A stretch of DNA of 64,000 nucleotides, taken from NCBI GenBank assembly GCA_002269645.1, contig NIVC01001737.1:1-64000 (forward strand), in the 5' to 3' direction. Positions 58,803 to 64,000 of the stretch are shown piece by piece. Under the pieces are notes generated by a model. The model saw nothing but the letters and a program-made list of their open reading frames with translations. It was not told where the DNA came from and did no database searches. The stretch is from Macrostomum lignano. Its lineage: Eukaryota. Within the stretch, counting starts at the first letter, position 1. Each line of letters starts with the position of its first letter. Made by a program: the position numbers and the translations under genes.

Positions 58803-59603
58803 TAGTTGCTTACAAGCAACAAGCAGAGTTTGATTTTTCGTGAGAAATACGACTCAAATGGGACGAATCGTTGTGAACTAGAATCTAATTGCTTTGCCAA
58901 CAAGTTCTCGTATTATTAGAAAACAACTGGAGTTAGACGTCGTGTAATTTCTTGGTCTATCTATAAAGCCTAAGGGTCTCAAAATGGAAGCGTGGCCGAT
59001 TTTTTCGCATGCAATGGCGGGTACAGCACGCCTGTGTAGCATGAGACAGACTAGGCCTACGAGCTAAGGTCTGCGATCCTACACACCTGCACCCCCTCTA
59101 TTCTGGTGCAGGAATGGCAGGAGAACTCTCTCCAAGCTGACTCGCAAGCCGACCCAGGGGTTCGCGCCCCGCATGTGTTCAAGGCAGCCCTAGGGCTGCT
59201 GGACTGACTGGGCTCCGGCGGCGGCAACCCATCCGTGGCCTTTTGGCCAAGTTGGGTACGGGCTCCGCCCGGAAGTGAACCTGTGCAGGTACCTCTGGCC
59301 ACGGCTCTGAGGAACAGGTACCACCCTCTGACCTTAACAGGGTATGCGGCCAGTCCGCAGGCTCCGGAGGCAGTCCTCCTGCTTCCCTCAAGGGCCCAGT
59401 GTAGTACCGTGCTGATGGTCCTTTGGTTCGGCCTCTGGTTTCTCCAAGCCGGGCTCTTAGCCGGGGAGTTTCTCGGTTGCTAGCGGTCGGGCCGGTACGG
59501 GCTTAAGCCACCCCCGGTCGCTGCCTCTTGGCCTGGCTGTTGGGTTTGGGGTTACGGCCCAGCGGCTTCTCACCTCTCATCCCCACTCGCCTTTCAGCGA
59601 CTC

Positions 59604-61057
59604 ATGGAGTATTCATTTACACCTAACACGACCGATGCTGCTGGAGCACCAACCGAGGTTGGCACCGCGGCTCAGCCGGACATTCGCAACACCGGAACCC
59701 CCGGTGCCTCTCAATCTGCCGCTGCCGCCGCTCAGGATAATACCGGAGTGGCTGGACAAGACAGCGGACCTCAGATTTCGAAAAAGAAGGCCCGTAGCAT
59801 TGCTCGGTACAAAGCCTTTCTCCAGCGCAAAGCAGAGGAACGGAGGAATGCGAAAGCCGCCCCTCCGGCCACCTCTGAGGAGGGTGCCGGTAACTCTGCG
59901 AACCCCGCGGAGGAGCCGACATCCGACAAGGGGGTGGACCCCGCGCGCCGGTCTGATGCGTCAGGTGCCGCCGAAGCTCCTGGTGCGGCTGGCCCCTACC
60001 GTGACCGGACCTCTGCCCGTGTGGAAGCTCCCACGGCTGTGGAGGGATCCAAAGCGGGGGGCGCTGGCCAAACCACAAAGCCGAAGCGAACCTACGCGGC
60101 TATGGCCAAGAGGCAGCCGGCCCTGGTTATCCAAGGCCAGGAGACGCCTCTTACGGCCGAACAGCTCCACCTTATCTGGCGCAGGTTGGACTCCCACCTG
60201 GTCAAGATGGCCTTGAGCGGCACCATCATTCGAGTCCAAAAGACGAAAGTCGAGGACCAAGCCCTCTATATCCAGCCCGCCGACAGCCAGTCAGGACAGC
60301 AGCTCGAAACTTCGACTGGGGTACGGAGCTGGAGAACCTGTTCATCTACAGGGAGGACGAGCGACCCCGGACACACCGGCACCGTGCCTGGATTCCGGCT
60401 CGCAGCTGCATCACCAAGGCCGACGAGCTGCGTCACCTGCTAGTGGCTTCCAACCCGGAGCTACCGGCCAATGGTGTCGTAGTTCACGAGACCATCTCCA
60501 AGCCGGGGAGACGGTTTCACGGCTATTCTTGGACTGTCGGATAGCTGGATGCTCCGCTACCCGGACATGTCCATCATCTCTGTCGGGCTGTTGCAGATTC
60601 AGCTCTTTAGCTTCGAGTCTGACGCCACCCGCCCACCGCCCCCGGAGAAGCGTAAGCGGGCAGTCGGGGGCTCTGCCGGGCGGAAACGCCCAGGAAAAGA
60701 AGCTCCCGGCCGTCACGACCCCTCCGAGGACGTGGACCCTGTCAGAGGGAAAGCCGCGAAAGCTGCAGCAACAGGCGACGTGGAAAGGGCCGGAAACCCG
60801 CCCGGAACACTATCCGCTCTGGTCTGACTCAGCGCGCGAAGCAGCTGCTGGACACCGCCAAGGCCCCCAACCGCAGCCACCCCCAGCCCAGTGTCACCAC
60901 TGTGACTCCCCCGGAAAACCGGGCCGAGAGCGAGAATGCCGCCCAGGTAGCGACATCGCCCTCGACCATGGAATCCATCCGGGAGGAGCCCATGGAGCTG
61001 GAGCCTGAAGCTATCGGCGAGGCAGAAGAGGCAGCTCTCCTGCACAACTCGCCTTGA
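59604..61057 (+). CDS. LINE ORF1, interrupted by apparent frameshifts (about 60310, 60505, 60830)
   Basis: ATG at 59604; low-complexity N-terminus, RTYAAMAKRQP, LLVASNPELP...GFTAILGLSDSW (resembles DUF4780-type ORF1 of LOA/R1-like elements, from recollection), acidic tail ending TGA at about 61057. Confidence 0.6.
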
Positions 61058-61097
61058 GCCGGCAGGAAGCTGCGCGGACCACTCGTGGAATCCCGGA

Positions 61098-64000
61098 GTG
61101 GACATCCTGCAGCTAAACCTGCACCACTGCATCGCGGCCTCGACCAACCTGATGCGGGTGGCAAACTTTGCGAAACCGGGCATCATCCTACTCCAGGAGC
61201 CCTGGACAAAGAAAGGTAAGATTCCGAATATTCCTGCTGGTTTTGACTGTTTTCAGGACCCTCAAAACCCCAGAGCAGCCATGTTCGTGTCTACCCATCT
61301 CAAAGCTTGGCACAGACCGGACCTCTCTGACAGAGATCTCTGTGTCATTCAGTCCAACCACATTATCACCAACCGCACGGTCATAATCGCCTCGATTTAT
61401 ATCCCTGGCGATGGCCCCGCGGTTCCACCCAACCTCACCTCCCTCGTGGACTACTGCTCTAACCGTAGGTTCGAGCTGCTGGTGGCGGGCGACATCAACG
61501 CTCACCACACCCACTGGGGCAGTAATTCTTCCAATAGCAGAGGCGAGGAACTCCTTGCTTACATCTGCACCACCAACACTGAGTTTTGCAACATTGGTGG
61601 AACCCCCACCTTTGACAACGGGCGATGGACGGAGGCCCTCGACGTTACCCTCGTCTCCCATGGCCTGGCTCCTTTAGTCAAGGACTGGGAAGTTTGGGAC
61701 GAAGAGGAGTCTCTGTCTGACCATCGCTTCGTTCGTTTTCGATTGCAATCCTCTTGCCCCAAGCCTCACATTCTGTGGAAAAGGAACGTCCGGAACACTG
61801 ACTGGACGGCTTTCACGGAAACCCTGAAATGCCAGACAGATCAGCTGACTACCGTCGCTCCAACCACCTGTCAGGAAGTGGATGACCTTGCAGACTTGCT
61901 CAGCAAGACCGTCCTGACAGCCCATGAGGCTTCCTGTCCTCTTAAAGCCTACAAAGGCAAAAAATCCGCCCCCTGGTGGCACCCGGCGCTCGGATCCCTC
62001 CGGCGCAAGGCAAAGTGCCTCCAACGGAAAGCTCGCAAGAGCAAGGACCCAGCTGACCTGGCCGCCTATCAAGAAGCGATCCGCGACTTTAAGCGTGAAA
62101 CCAGGAAAGCCAAGTCCGACAAATGGCGCCAATACTGCGCGGAGTTAGAAGGCACCCGCCCTACTTCGCGCGTAGTTAAGGCTCTCACCCTCGACAAAAT
62201 GTCAAAGCTCTCAGTTATTAAAAGACCGGACGGCCGGCTCGCTGAGAACCCTGGGGAATCGCTGGACATTATGCTCACCAGCTCTTTCCTACGTGCCGCA
62301 CCGCAGCTAGGCCCACCGGACCACTCTCCGGGCGGACAGATCCTGGCTTCGACCATCATTACCAGAGAGAGGACGGCTCGCGCCGCAAAATCCTTCTCTC
62401 CTTTCAAGTCCCCGGGTCCTGACAACATTTATCCTGCCTTCCTTCATGAGGCAGTTAAAAATGACAGGTTTCTCGGCCTCCTCTGCAACCTCTTCAAGGC
62501 CAGCATTACCCTCGGGTATGTGCCAAAAGCCTGGCAAGAGGCTACGGTAGTCTTCATACCCAAGCCAGGAAAGGGAGACTATCACTCCGCCAAAGCTTAC
62601 CGCCCTATCAGTCTGACGTCCTTCTTCCTCAAACTGATGGAACGGCTGGTGCTCTGGCGCCTTCTCCTCGTTGAGCTGAGGAACTCCCCGCTCTCCCCTA
62701 ATCAGCACGCCTTTCGTCCTGGACGTTCCATCGAAAGTGCGCTGCACGCCATTGTCGACAAGCTGGAGCGCGCCGTGCTTGGCAGTGGATACGCGCTGTC
62801 GCTTTTCCTCGACATTGATGGTGCTTTCAACAATGTGCTCTTTGAAGCCTTTAAGCGAGCCCTGGAATCCCGGGGCACGCACGAGCACCTCACCCGCTGG
62901 ATCATGTACATGGTCTCCCATCGTACTGCCACCTCGCACCTCCTGGGACACTCACGCTCCGTGGAAGTCCAGAAGGGCGGACCGCAAGGTGGAGTCCTCA
63001 GCCCGATCCTCTGGAACTTAGTCATGGACGAGCTGCTTTGCAGCCCGCATCCGGACCCTGTTCAGAAGGTCGGCTACGCGGACGATGTTACCGCCACTGT
63101 GGCTGGACCATCGCCCGCGGTCCTCAGGGACCTCCTTCAAGCCTTCATTCACCGTACCGAGCGCTGGGCACATAGCTGCGGCCTCAGGTTCTCTGAGTCT
63201 AAAACCGTGGCTATCATGTTCACCAGCCGCCGAAACTGGAGGATCGAACCGCTCTCCCTGTATGGCAAACCTGTTGCCATGGAGAAACAAACTAGATGTC
63301 TGGGCGTCACCCTCGACCACAGGTTGAGCTGGACCCCGCACGTCCAAACGAAAGCCCGCAAAGCTCTCGCGACTCTCGCGCAGATCCGCAGAGCTTTCGG
63401 TGCTACCTGGGGCCTCACCCCCCGCCGCCTCTGGTGGATTTACACTGCCATTGTTAGACCGGCCATCTCCTTCGCCGGCTTCATTTGGAACAGTGCCCTA
63501 GAGGTGAAAGGGGTTCTTGAGGTTTTAAATAGGGTGCAAGGCCGCGCTTGTCGAGCTATCATGAGCGCGGCTCCCTCTACGCCCTTCGCTGGCATGAACT
63601 CCTTCTTGGACATTCCCCCCTCGACCTCTTTGTTAGAGGGGAGGCAATGAAAACCACCCGTCGTCTGCTTGACGCGGGTGTCCAAATCCAGAAGCAGTTT
63701 GCCTTCAGAAAGCGGAACCTCCGGCCGCATGGCGACCTCAGCCTGCGAGACCTGGAAGCAGCGAGAGGCCTGCTGACCCTCTCGGACGGAATCCCGTCCA
63801 CGCTCTGCCCCCGGCTCAAATTCAAAACCAGCATTCCACCACGCCATGAAGCGAGAGACAACTGGAAACCCCATGAAATCCACTGCTTCACTGACGGGTC
63901 CCAAATCAACTCCGCCTCTGGATACGGCTACTGCATCGTGTCTGGAGGGAGAACTGTGGCGACCTTCTCCCAACACACCGGCACCTGCTCCACCGTCTTC
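61098..64000 (+). CDS. LINE ORF2: AP endonuclease, reverse transcriptase, and (after a frameshift at about 63620) the start of RNase H
   Basis: APE: LQLNLHH, LLQEPW, AGDINAHH, SDHR. RT: KSPGPD, YRPISLTS, QHAFRPGRS, FLDIDGAF, PQGGVLSP, YADD. After the frameshift: PLDLFVRGEA...HCFTDGSQ...GYGYC...STVF (RNase H N-terminus). Confidence 0.93.

Larger units (their letters stand above)
59050..64000 (+). mobile_element. Non-LTR retrotransposon with APE, RT and RNase H (I-group; LOA-like by inference); runs off the window end; 5' boundary approximate
   Basis: GC-rich 5' leader, ORF1 and ORF2 with the motifs listed below. Confidence 0.93.

Overview
Eukaryotic (animal) genomic DNA; roughly 28 kb of the 64 kb (hand estimate) is micro/minisatellite. 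The repeat load, 54-100 nt minimal introns and frequent indels resemble a free-living flatworm such as Macrostomum (inference, not verified). Three intron-split genes can be rebuilt by hand on the minus strand with GT-AG boundaries and matching phases. (1) A divergent secreted FGF of about 607 aa, FGF8/17/18-like (36697->16895), with a 17.5 kb first intron holding an 8.9 kb higher-order satellite and a roughly 360 aa very basic C-terminal tail. (2) An 11-exon amphiphysin/BIN-like BAR protein of about 337 aa with no SH3 (46004->40987). (3) A 7-exon SLC6 glycine-transporter-like gene of 677 aa (55227->48534). Mobile DNA comprises a decayed Ty3/Gypsy 3' half with PPT and 3' LTR (1-2970), a 1 kb foldback element with 416 bp arms and TA target duplication (57788-58802), and an RNase H-bearing LINE (about 59050 to the window end). 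The most notable structural oddity is a pair of opposite-orientation arrays of the same 40-mer flanking two BAR exons. I found no CRISPR array, rRNA or tRNA. Almost all long ORFs in the supplied track outside these genes are repeat artefacts.
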